From positions 498,173 through 562,172 of the forward strand of contig JAAOMT010000258.1 in NCBI GenBank assembly GCA_016748015.1: a stretch of 64,000 nt of DNA, in the 5' to 3' direction. This DNA is from Geosiphon pyriformis uo1 (taxonomy: Eukaryota > Fungi > Glomeromycota). Of the stretch, positions 35,101 through 48,171 are shown piece by piece. The notes under the pieces are model-generated. The model did no database searches. It was not told the DNA's origin and saw nothing but the letters and a program-made list of their open reading frames with translations. A program made the translations under genes and the position numbers. How positions within the stretch are numbered: the first letter of the stretch is position 1; each line of letters starts with the position of its first letter.

Positions 35101-38100
35101 AATTATCAAAAATTTGCTGAGTGAATAATCTTTACTCTGGTGTTTAATATTATTTTTAAGATTAAATTGACTTATATTAAGACTGTTTTTTAGTTTGTAT
35201 ATGATTTTTTGGATACAAAGTCAGTTGTAAAGAACAATATAAAGCTTTTTTGTATAAAATTTATTTTTTAACAGTCTTTAAAAGCTGTATTTTTGGTTGA
35301 GATTAGAAGTTTTATTTAACTAATTATTCTTAAGATTGTCAAATCTTTGGTAATTTCTAAATCTAATTCTTTTCTTGTTGTTATTATATTATATAATATG
35401 TCTTTAAATATATTTGTTATTAATATTAAGATAGTACTTAATATATTTAATAAAGTTTCTTATATTGTATTAAAACTTGCTGGTATTTAGTAATATATAG
35501 TTATTTATTTTAAAAATTTTGATATTACTGTATCTGCTTTAAATTATTAATTAGTTTTATTGGACAAAAATTATATTAAGATTTTTTTCTAATAAATCAA
35601 AATAAGATTATTCTGTTTTATAATAAATTTAAGACCAAATTGGTCAATTTTTTTTCTGGTTATACTGTTTTTAAAATTAATAATATGATTTTTAAATTGA
35701 TAGTCAATCTTGTTTTATTTTTTGCTTATCTAATTTTAATTATTGTTTTTGGTTTGTTTTGATTATATTTGGTCCACAAAATAATTTGAATACTACTATT
35801 ATTAAAACTAATACTTTAAAAAAGTATTGTATTTAATAGAAAATTTTTAAATATTAATGCTGTTTTAAGTACCAAGACTTAGATTATTTGGTTGTTGATT
35901 ATAAGATGTTTTTATCTTTTTTTTCTAAGCTTTTTAAGATTATTGTGGTTTATTTTATTAGTGTTAAGTTTTATGCCAAGATTGCTGTTTTTGTGTTTTC
36001 TTTGGTTTTTAATTTTTTAGTTGGTTTTGCTTTTTTTATTAATATGATAGTTAGTAATTCTATAGTTTTTTTTTGGTTAACTTTTCTAAAATCTGACTTA
36101 ATTAAGTTTTTTGTATTGGTTAAATTTATTATTAAACCAGTTGGTTTTTTGGTTGCTGTGTTTAAACAGTTTATTAATAGAAATTTGGTTTTAAGTAGTA
36201 TATTTAATCTTAAAATCAATAAGATTTTAATACAAATGAATATTTTTAGCAAAACTGTTAGTAAACTAGAACAGAAAATATTTGCTTTAAAAATTGAATA
36301 TAACTATAAGAATATTAATATGTTTGGTTTCTATAAAAGTTTATTTGCTATAAATAATAATATGTTTTTTAACTTAATATTATTGTAAAAACATAAATTT
36401 GTTAGTATTAAAATTAATGTTTTATTTAGTACTAAAATGCTTAGTTTATTTATAATTTTTAGATAATAGTTAAACTGTACTTATTAAAGCTTAATAATAA
36501 AAAATATATAGTTTTTTATAAATTAAAAAAAGTATTAATTTTATACTAAATTAATTTTTTCTTATAATTTTATAATAAGTAGTTAATTATTTTCTTTATA
36601 TATATTTTTTGTTTTTAAACTTTAAATACTTTTTATTAATATTTAAAATACATTATGTATTTACTATTATCTTTCTAAAATTTTTATTATTTTCTAATTT
36701 TTCAACACATATTATTAATATTTTATATTATGTTTTATTTTACTAAATAAGCTATTTATTTATTATCTAACTTTATCTTTATTATAATATTAATTAAGTA
36801 ATAAAAAGTATTATGTTGTTAAAAATTAGGTTTTAATAATAATGTTTTAATTAATTTAATATTTTAATTATGTTTTTTTTATAAATTTCTTTATAATTTT
36901 TTTATTTTTGCTTTCAAAACAGACTTTTAAACACCATATTTTTTTGATAACTACTTGAAAAAATTTTGATTATGCTTTGGTTAAATAGTTTGTTTTTTGG
37001 TTTTAATTTGTTTTTTGTATTTTAAATGTAAATTTAATTATTATTTTTTATAAAACTTATACTAAAACTGATTTTTGTTCAAAATAAATAGTAATAACAA
37101 TTTTATTTTTTATTTTAATAATCTGTTTAATATTTTTTTACTCTTTTAATTATTAAAATAATTTATATAGTTATATATATATTATAGTTAATAGTTATAT
37201 ATATAGTTATGTATATTATTAAAAAAAAACATTATTATTATTAAAAAAGTTTCCAAATCTGTGTTTTTTCTCTGATAATAATGCCAAAAAAATTTCGTTA
37301 AAAAAATTTAAAAAAAATCTTTTAAGTTGTTTCAATTATAATAATTGGTTTAATATTAATTAAGATCTTTTTTTACTTATATAATTTAAGAATTATAAAT
37401 ATTTAGGCTTTTTTTCAAAATTAAAAAACTGATTTATATAGTAAAAAAAATTCTATAAATTTAAAAATATTTTTAAAACAAACTTATTACAATGTTTTCA
37501 AAGTTTATTAATAATATTCAACAATTAAAAACTTTTTTATTTGGTAAATTTTTAATCACACTTAATATTTTTTATATTTAACTATATTTATTATTCTCAA
37601 AAAAGCTTTATAATTAACATAAATTAATAATAAGTATTAATAATATCCCAAATTAAAAACATTATTTATAATTTTTTTTTTATCTAATTTTTTATAATTA
37701 TATTTATTTTTAACATGATTTTATTAAATCTAAAACTACTTTGTAAAATAAATATTTTAATATATTTTTAATAATATAACTTTTATTAACAATAAAATTT
37801 TTTATTTACTTAATAATAACAAATTTAATTTTTAACTTTTTAACTTTTTAAAAACCAATATTTAAATTTAGCAAAATTAAAATACTTAAAGTTTTGTTAT
37901 TATTAAGAAATATTTAATAATTTATCAGAAAAATAAATATGTTATTGAGTTTTAACTTTAATAATTTGATAATTTTTAAAACCAAAATTTCTTATTTATA
38001 AAACTTAAAAAACTTCTTAATAAAATGATTAACAAAAATTTTAAATTATGTTTTAGTAAATATTTTATTATTAACAAAATGTTTTTAAAATAAGTCTACT

Positions 38101-40306
38101 TAAAACTATTAATTTTTTAATAACTTTTATTTGTTTTTAGAAAAAATTTAATTACATATATAACAAATTACTTAAACTTACTAAAATAAAACAATTTAAT
38201 AATTAATATTAAAAAAAAATTCAATATTTAGAACAGTATAATCAATAATTGTATTAATAAAATTTACAATAATAAATATATAATTAATAGTTTTTTTTAT
38301 TATTTTTAAATTTTTTTAAATAATAATTTTAGTTATTAAACTTTTTATTAAAAAATTTATTAGATTATATTTAAATATTTCTTAAAATTAATATATTTTT
38401 AAGATCTATATTTATTAAAATTTTTATTCAAAATTACAAACATAGATATATTTACAGTTTACTTGTTAAATTTATAATAAAAAAAAATTTACAGTTTTTA
38501 TTATTAATAAATTAATTTTTTTAGTCTGTATTAAATATATAATTAAGTAGTATTAACATAAAATTACAAAATTAAAACAGAAAATTTGTTTTTAAAAAGC
38601 ATTTTAATTAATAAAAGTTTATTAATAATTTTAAATATATTTATTTATTATAATTATTTATATTAATATTTAAATAATCAGAATTTAAATCAAAAATAAA
38701 GATTTAAATACTATTAAATTTATTTTTAATCTAAAATCAAATTTTGCTTTTTAACTTAGTTTTAATAATAATAAAAATTAAATTGCTTAATTTTTTATAT
38801 TATTTTACAATATTTTTTTGTTTTGTAAAATTGTTTGTATTTTTAATATTATATATACCAATTTTTTAAATTAAATTAATTATTATAAAAAAAAACATAA
38901 AATTAAAACCAGTATCCAAATAATTTAATTTTACCAAAATTATATTTACAGAATCTTTTAAAGCCAATATATTAGTTTTTAAACTATTTATTTTAATAGT
39001 AAAAACTTTTAAACTATTTTGATTTAAAAATAAAAAATTATTAATAATATTAAAAAAAAACATATTAAAAATATTAACTAATTATAATTAAGCACAAAAT
39101 AAAATAAAAAAATAAAAAAAAACTAATAAAAACATGTTTAATTTATATAAAACTATAGAAATTTAATTTGTTAATAATTCTAAAAAGTATTTAAAAATAG
39201 TTAAATAAATATTTAATAAAAAAACAAATAACAAAAAAAATTAACAACAGTATTAAAAAAGAAATTATATGATAACAAATCAAAAAAAGCATCAAAATAA
39301 TTACTATTAGTTATTTAAATCTAAAATATACTACCAAAAAACACTAGCTGTATAATTAACACAGTTTTTTAGCATATATAACAAAAAATCTACATTTATT
39401 AAATTCTGAAAAATGGTTTTTAAACTTAGTTTTAAGCATTAATAAAATATATAAATAAAATATAATTAAATTTTTTACATATAAAACATAAAAGTAAATT
39501 CAACTTAATTTATTTTAAACTAAAACTTTTAAAGACCAAAATTATAGTTAAAATTATTGTTAAACTACTATTAAATTTAAAACAAATAATTATACACTTA
39601 ATATATATATATATAACAAAATAAGTATTAATTATATAAGTTTTTTTATTAATAAAATTTAAAAATTCTTACAAATTATATGTAATTATTTTTATTAGCA
39701 AAGTATAAAACAAAACTTTATATATTTTTTATATTTTATAAAACTTTTTTAATATTGATTTTAATTATTCAAACAATATTTTTCTTAATAAAAATTAATT
39801 ACTTAAAAACTATTAAATTAGTTTATTTTTAATTATCAAATTTTATTAATACTTTTTATTAAAGTTTTCTAATTTATTTTAATTTAATTTAATTATTCTA
39901 AATTCAATTAATATAATACACATATATTTTATTAATATACTTATTAAAAAATTTTTATTTAATATTGTTTAATTTGTTTAATTATTTATTAGATACTTAA
40001 GATTAATATTTATTTTAACTTGTTAATATTAATCAAGTCTGTAGCTTTTTTTATATTAAATTCAAACATAAAAATTATACAAATTATTCTATTAAATTTT
40101 GAAAAAATAGAGATTCTTTTAAACTTATTTATACTTAAAAACAATTTTTTAATTAATTTTAATTTGTTTTAAGAAGATTTATTATTAATAGTTAAAAGAT
40201 TAATATTTAAAACAAAAATTCTTTTAATAAACACATTTACTTTATTTTTAAAAAATGATAAAAGGAAAAAAAATTCAATTATTATTTTTATTAGTCTTAT
40301 AAATAT

Positions 40307-41080
40307 TATTATTAAAGCTTTTTTTGTTCTTTTTTTTTAATATTATTAATATTATTTTTTTATTAATTTTATTATTAATAGAAACTAGTAAATCTTTAAT
40401 AAGTTAATTTATTTTTAAAATATTTCTTTATACTTTAAACTATATATGTTGTTAAATTTATATTAAAATAACCAATTTGTGCCAATTACTTTGTATAGTT
40501 GTTTTGTAATAAAAGTTAATTTTTTTACAAGATATTTTATTGTAAGCTTTTTAATAATATATAATTTTTTTATAAAATATCTCGACTATAAGCTATTTAA
40601 TAATATAAAAAAAAATTTAAAATAAAATAAATAATGTTTTTAGTCTAAACTTAAAATTGATTAAGTAATTATTAAAATTATTAATTAATTAATTTTGGAA
40701 TATAAGTTATAATTATAAATTTTGAACAGTAATAATTAAAAAAAAGTATGATTTTCAAAATAAATTTTATTGAATTAATTTATAATAGCTAATTGTTTGT
40801 TTTTTGCTAAGATTTTAAAAAAAATATTAATTAATAATAAGATATATATTTTTTTTTAAAAAAAGCTTTTTTTTTATACAACTTATTATAATACTATTTT
40901 ATAATTTAATATTTTTTTTTGGCTAATATTTTAATAAAATATATTTTGTTAAACTATAAGTTGTTTTTATAAACTATTAAGTATTTTAGTAAACTGTTAG
41001 ATATTTTATTAAATTATTAAATATTTTGGCGAATTTTTAAATGTTATATAATTTAGAATATTATATAATCTGATTATTTA
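40307..41080 (-). repeat. Very degenerate LTR relic
   Basis: CCAATTTGTGCCAATTACTTTGTATAGTT, AAGCTTTTT..TATACAACTT and decayed array units match the family LTR. Confidence 0.6.
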
Positions 41081-43650
41081 TTTTGTTAAACATAATTTTA
41101 ATTTTAATTTTTAAATAGTTGTTATAAATTAATATTTAATCTAAAATTCAAATTTTTTTTTTAATTTAATAAAAAATTATAACCAATTCAAAAATTCAAT
41201 CTAATTAATAATTTTTATTAAATTTTAAGTATTTTTTATATAAAGTTTTAAAACTTAATAATAATAAAATCAATTTTTATTTTTTTTTATTACAAGTTTT
41301 ACGAGTGAAGCCCAACCACTATCTAGTACATAGAACCAAACTAAGTGGAACCAACTAAATGCAGCTTACACACAGACTACATGTGGCCAGCCACTTGAAC
41401 CAAACAAGACAATACTATATACTTATGGCAACAAAAGCATCACCACTTAAACCAAAAAAAAAATGACACAATTTGCACCTACCAAACTTAACAGCAAAAG
41501 ATTCTATAACATCAAGCATACAGACAATACCAGCCAACAACATAGAAACTATATTGCTGGACAAGCCAGAAACCACACTATTATCCCCAACCAAGTTAGT
41601 CTTTTCCATTTTCACTCTATGCTTGGTCCTAATAGTTCATATTTGAATATGCTGCAATTCCACTACAAATCTGATAAATTCTACTAGGGTCTAAATAGTT
41701 TTTTTTCTTTCCTCAAAAACTGAAACAGCTTTGGCATACCAATTTTTTATTACAAAACTCTTGCACACTACTGTATAAAGACTCACATCCAAAGAACATG
41801 ACAAGAGTGAAAGCAAAATAGCAGACAGAGATGAATTTGTAAGACCAGACATTGACATCTATTTTTCAGCAGCTTCAACCAAAATGTCCACACAGAGACC
41901 AGAGTTATCAGAACAAGTGAAAACATAATTAGAGAACTCTACCTTGCCACACAGCAAACACAAAACACCAGAATAACTTCTACTATACAACTTCTTTTTA
42001 ACTGTAACTGGCAGCCACTTATATACAGCTTTCATCAAATACATGTGTAAATTAGCTGACTTTCTACTGGTAAACCCAGAAAGCATGTGTAAATCAGGAT
42101 GCCAAACTATTACAATAGCATTCCAATTTATTTTCTTAATTATAATATTTGGAACTATACCAAAACCCAGACCAGCTTCTCAACAGACACAGCATATTAA
42201 CCAGTGTAAGTCCCAAGCAAAATAACAAACATTGCCAGATATAGCAGTCTTCTCAGCAACTAAAAACCTCTTCCAGATATTAACTGGCAAAAAAAAAAAT
42301 GAGGAAATAGCCTCATTAGCCAGTGCATCAGTCTTTATATTGCCCAATACATTTGAATGTCCTTTAATCTTCACTCACTTAATTAAAATATTCTTGTTTT
42401 TAAGAAGATTGACAATTTGCAATCTTTCAATCCAACATTGGTTATGGAAGTCAGGTGTAGTTGAAGAAGTCTTGGAAATGCAGACATCAATTGCAGATTG
42501 ACTATCTGAGTATAAAACTATTGAGCAAGAGGATAGAACACACTCCAAGGCCAACACCACAGCTTGTAGTTCAGCTAAAGTAGAGGACAAAAGTTTAGCA
42601 ACCTTAACCCCAATGCCCACATTTGCAGCCAAAAAGTATGCAGCTGCTCTACCTACTGCCCCAACAGAACCAGCACATCTCAAGGACCTGTCTATATACA
42701 CTTCAATACAATCAGACCATACCTCCAGCAGACTATCACAAACTTCAGTAAATCTATCAGAATCCAAAACACTCAGCACATTTTTTTCAGTAGCAGTAGC
42801 AGCTCCAACCTCCAAAAAAATATAATTATTTATAAAATCAGATGTCAAAAAAAACCAGTAAGGCACAAGACCTCTTAGGTCTAATTGCTTCCAATGTCGA
42901 AATGTTTTTCAGTCCATCACCTTTCTTTTCTTGTCAAGAATTCTGTCACTAAAAGCAACACCAAAATGCTTTAATGAAAAAATGGATTTGTAATACAAAG
43001 ACTAACTCAGAATGCCAGACATTGGGAAATCGCCAAATCTATAAAAGACACAAAGTAAATTGTTTGCTAAGGATAATTCATTTTCCAAAAAAATCTTCAC
43101 CATCCCTGCCAAGAAATTGTTAACAGAACTAACATGCAACTTAACAGAAAATTGCAAAGAATTCAAAAGAGACCATCCCAGAACTTGCAAATCCAAAAAT
43201 CTATGATCAAATAAATGTCTAAGAATGTCATAGCCATTAGAAAATAAAATCAGTGATGCCAGTTTTTCTTTAGACTGTACTTGCTTAAAAGACTTCAATC
43301 TATATAAAGAAGAGTGGTACAAGATCTCACTGGAGAAGTCACATGGTAAACCAGCTTTAGCTTTAAGACTTTTTCTAATCATGATATTCCACTTATAACA
43401 TACATCTAAAGTAACAAAACTGAATTGTACATGATAGCTAACAATGGGCTGCAAAACTACTAAAACCAAATAACAGAATTGTTTATCCGTAATAGCTTTC
43501 TTTAACACTATATTAGAAAAAAACTTGACATTCTTATGGGCTTGAGCCAAACTGGGCTTAGAGAGATCCTCAGTTAACAGGAAGATACCCAAGTATTGGT
43601 GTGACTCACCTTTTCTAGCAATCAAAATTGGCATTCCATTGATTAATAGC

Positions 43651-44583
43651 TGTTACCGGAGGTTTTTGGTTTCTTTTCTTAAATGTTGGTAATGTTGATT
43701 TGTTGTGAATTCACGTTTTCAGGAAGTAGTTGAACCTCCAATAACTGAATTTATCTTCAAATTATCTTCTATAATTTGAACTGCTGGGCTTATAAGTGGA
43801 ATGGCCAATTTCTTACCAGTTACTTTATGTAGTTATATTGTAGTAAACGTCAACTCTTTCCCAGGAATTGCTCATCTGGAAGCTCACTAAAATGTATAGT
43901 TACTTTGCTGTGAAAGTCAACTCTTCTACAGGAATCTTGTCTGTAGGCTACTCTAATGATTGTAATAAGAAAAGAAAAGAAAAATAAAAGAAATGTAAAA
44001 GAAATAGAATTTTTGTCAAGAGAAACATTTTTGATCCAGGCCTGGAGTCACTAACAGTTTACTGAAATTGGTAGCTAATCAATTTCAAAACATTAGTTGG
44101 GTTTTGGGGATTTTCCAAGTGCAATAATTAAAGAATGTGGTTTTTCAAATTATTTGATATTTATTTCTTTGTGTATGTGTAAGAATGATTCTAAGTAATA
44201 AATCTAAAGTAAGATACATTTTCTCGAAGAGAGAAGCTCTTCTTTTATACAACTTGTTGTAACACTATTCTATGAACTTGAACTTTGTTATTTTCTACAA
44301 TTTTGCTGAACTAAAGATACATTTTGGCGAACTACAAGTTATTTTTGCAAATTTCTATAAATTTCGGCAAACTTTTGAATATTACATAATTCAGGGTATT
44401 GCATGATTGATCATCACAATTAGGTTATATTTGTGTTGTGTACAATTTGGGTTATTAATTAAATGATAATTTTGGACATTTTTGCTAATGTAATAAGTGA
44501 TAATTTGAAATGATAATATGCTAATGATAGAAATTATAAGATAATTTTATGCTAAATAATATCTCCAATTTCGTCTGGTAACA
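43651..44583 (-). repeat. Solo LTR with 4-bp TSD TAGC
   Basis: TAGC at 43647-43650 and 44584-44587; removal restores LINE frame RVKNALLLINGMPI. Confidence 0.95.
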
Positions 44584-47213
44584 TAGCAAAGCATTCTTAA
44601 CCCTTTAATTGATAGAAATTATTACCATCTTATCATTATTAATTAAAATGTCATTGATCACAAAAAATTCACTTGCAATATTCAAAATATATTGCATAGA
44701 TGTCTGACTGCTTTTGACCCAAATTGTATCATCAACAAAAACACCTGCAGCCAAAAAAGAGGTTTTTTTTCCACTTGTCTCAATTCTGTCAGACTTTGCT
44801 ACAAACTTAGAATCAATCCTATACTCCCATAATTGCTCATGTCTTTTCACTTCACACAAAAGTGGATCATAAAATATTCTCCAAAGCAGTGGGGAAAAGA
44901 CTTTTTCTTGATCTAACCCATCATGTACTTTATAACTATCCAAGAGCCCAAAATCAATTATCACCCTGTTAAGCCGGTCTCCATGAATGTTGCCAAAAAA
45001 TTGAATGAAGTGTCCACACATTATGATACAATGTAAGCTTGGTCACAAATGATGCCAGCCTACTGAATCATAAGCTTTGCGCATATCCTGTAGCACTAAC
45101 CAAAGCTCTCTGTTTTTCTTCAGAGCATCCTCAACAACTGAGCCAATAGCAAAAATAGGAAACTGGGTCAAAGTATTTTTCAACACTGAAAAATTGTCAC
45201 CACAAAAAACATTAAACTTGTTACAAGCCAAAGATATCCGATCAGATAGGATCTTAGATGGTATTTTACATGCTGTCTTGACCAATATAATAGGTCTAGT
45301 ATTTGTTAGAATACCATTTTACTCATAAGGTTTCAGAATCATTGAAACCCATGCTTCCTTCTACAGATTAAGAACTGCATCCATACTCAAGCACAAATTC
45401 AACAATTTCAAAAGACAGACCAAAACCTCCTCACTACAATGCTTCCAAAGTTCATTTGGTATTCCAGATAATCTGGCTGCTTTATCATTTAGTAGATTAT
45501 CAACAACCAGAGACAATTTTTTCATACTAATATCAACTATTACACCAGAAAAAGCATCATTATCCACATAATTTAGAGGCATATATTGTCAAGTCCAGAA
45601 GTTAGGTATTTCCAGAAGAACTAATCACTTCTTTGTCCACCCTTTTATAATTTTGTCAACCTTGAGCTTCACCTTATTAGGCTCAACCACCAGCTCATCA
45701 TCCATTACCAAGTGATCCAAAACTACCTTGTGAAATAGACATTCCAGAATGCTTTTTATTATCTTTTCTTTGTCAGAACAGAAGTTTTCCATATGATAAT
45801 CAATTGTCTTTCTTATAGCAGTATCTTCAGCAATCTTAGACTCATAATACTTGAACTCATAATACTTGGACTTACAATACCCTTTCTTTATTACTGACAA
45901 ATGTTTAATCAACTTTATCGGGCTTATATCATTTAAAACCATGCTATTAACCTTGGAAGCTTCGACTGCATCAACAGCCAACCAAATCTTAATAAGATGG
46001 TTGAAATTCAGAAGATCACCAGAGTTCCAACATTTCACAATCTTTGCAACAAGCAGCTCTAATTTAAAGAATTTAAAAGATTGTTTATTCCTTAAACAAT
46101 CATACTCACTATACCATATTCTAGAGAAAACTGTGTTAGCAGTCTGTACTATGGCCTCTTCCAACAATTTCCACATTGTATTTAAGTCACCATTGACTCT
46201 TGTCTCTTCAAACATGTCCGATCTAGCTAAAAACTTGGCAGAAAAGCAAACTTTAAAGCTTAATTATTGAACATCATCTCTATTCTTTAATTTGAACTTC
46301 CACCAGTTTCAGTTGGCTTGTCTGCAAATGCTAATAAAATGTGTATCCAGCAGTCCACCCAAACCAATTAAAATGGAAACTAACTTATAATCTGTATCAA
46401 AAAACTCAGACATATCATTAACAATATGCAATGCCACAGCAGATGCCAAATTCCTACTAACTAAAATAAAATCAATCACTTTCTCAACACCTCTAGAATT
46501 GCTCCAGATGGAAGCCTTGGCTAATAAGTGTCCATCAAAAGTATTAACCAGGCCCAAACCCAAACAGAACTTGAAATTCACACTTCTGCTAGACCTATTT
46601 TCATTAAAGTTACCACCCAAAACCACAAAAGAGCTGAAATTGAACACTTTAGAAACCATAGAATTGATATTAGCAGCTTGACTAAACCATGTGCTGATGG
46701 ACACACCAGCGTACAGACCCAAGATCATAACTGAAAGTTTGTTCTTGAATAGAAGGCGCACAGAAATTAAATGACCAAGAACTTCATCCACTTTCGAAAC
46801 ATGCCAAGCCAAAGAATTGTTCATAATTATGGCAACTTCAGCACCATGAAACTCAACATCCAAACCAGAAGTAAAAACCTGAAGTCCATCAAATTTATTT
46901 ATGATTCAAGGCCTAATGTCAAATCTCAATTTAGTCTTAGTAACAATTGAAATCATATTTCCTAAATCCTTATGCCAATAGACAATGTTTTCCTGTTTAG
47001 TTAAATTTGTCATACCCCTAATATTGCACATAGCCACTCTCCAAATGAGCTCACTCATTGATGCAAAGAGTGCATTAGAGAACCTGAATTTATGCACTAC
47101 AGATTTAATTTCTCCAAAATCGAGCCAATAGAAACCTCAAGAGCCATCATCTTGGATTCCAAACTGCCAACTTTAGAGATAAGAATTTTTGAACTGCTCA
47201 GACCTAAATCTGC

Positions 47214-48171
47214 TGTTACCAGACAAAATTAGAGATATTGTTTAGCATGAAATTACTCTTATAAATCTTATCATTAATTAGCATATATTATCATTTCAAA
47301 TTACCACTTATTACATTAGCAAAATGTCTGAAATTATCATTTAATTAATAATCCAATTTGTACATAACACAAATGTAACCTAAGTGCAATGATCAATCAT
47401 GCAATACCCTGAAATATGTAACATTCAAAAGTTCACCGAAATTTGTAGAAATTTGCTGAAATAATTGATAGTTCACCAAAATATCTAATAGTTCGCAGAA
47501 ATAACTTGTAATTCGCCGAAATGTATCTTTAGTTTAGCAAAATTGTAGAAAAAAGCAAAAGTTCAAGTTCATAGAATAGTGTTACAACAAGTTGTATAAA
47601 AAAAGAGCTTCTCTTTTCGAAAAAATGTATTTTACTTTAGATTTATTACTTAAAATCATTCCTATACACACAAAAAGAAATAAATATCAAATAATTCAAA
47701 AAACCAAATTCTTTAATTATTGCACTTGGAAAATCATCAAAACACAACTACCATTTTGAAATTGATTAGCTACCAATTTCAGTAAACTATTAGTGACTCC
47801 AGGCTTGAATAGAAAATGTTCTCCTTGATAAAATCCTATTTCTTTTCTTTTCTTATTACAATCATTAGAGTAGCCTACAGATAAGATTCTTGTAAAAGAG
47901 TTGACTTTCACAGCAAAGTAACTACACATTTTTAGTGAGCTTCCAGATGAGCAATTCCTGGAAAAGAGTTGATGTTTACTACAACGTAACTACACAAAGC
48001 AACTGACATGGAATTGGTCATTCCACTTATAAGTCCAGCAGTTCAAATTATAGAAAATAATTTGAAGATAAATTCAGTTATTGGAGATTCAAATACTTCC
48101 CATAATCATGAATTAACAGCATTACAACAAACATACAAGAGCTAAGAAAAGACCAAAAATCTCTGGTAATA
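47214..48171 (+). repeat. Solo LTR with 4-bp TSD CTGC
   Basis: TGTTACCAGA...TCTGGTAATA; CTGC at 47210-47213 and 48172-48175; inside LINE 4 ORF1. Confidence 0.95.

Larger units (their letters stand above)
30060..41270. mobile_element. Extremely AT-rich zone of hypermutated LINE/LTR relics
   Basis: Residual motifs, e.g. minus-strand MAS.FTS at ~31200 and a YPSVLC-like segment at ~31100; ORF1-like relics at ~34400-36400(+) and ~38860-40250(-); LTR relics. Confidence 0.75.

Noticed and set aside
34519-36388. F/L/I/K/N-rich ORFs resembling membrane or mitochondrial proteins (also 28024-28218, 38866-39063)
   Set aside because: Composition is an artefact of C>T/G>A erosion of TE ORFs; no organellar gene motifs, so not a NUMT.
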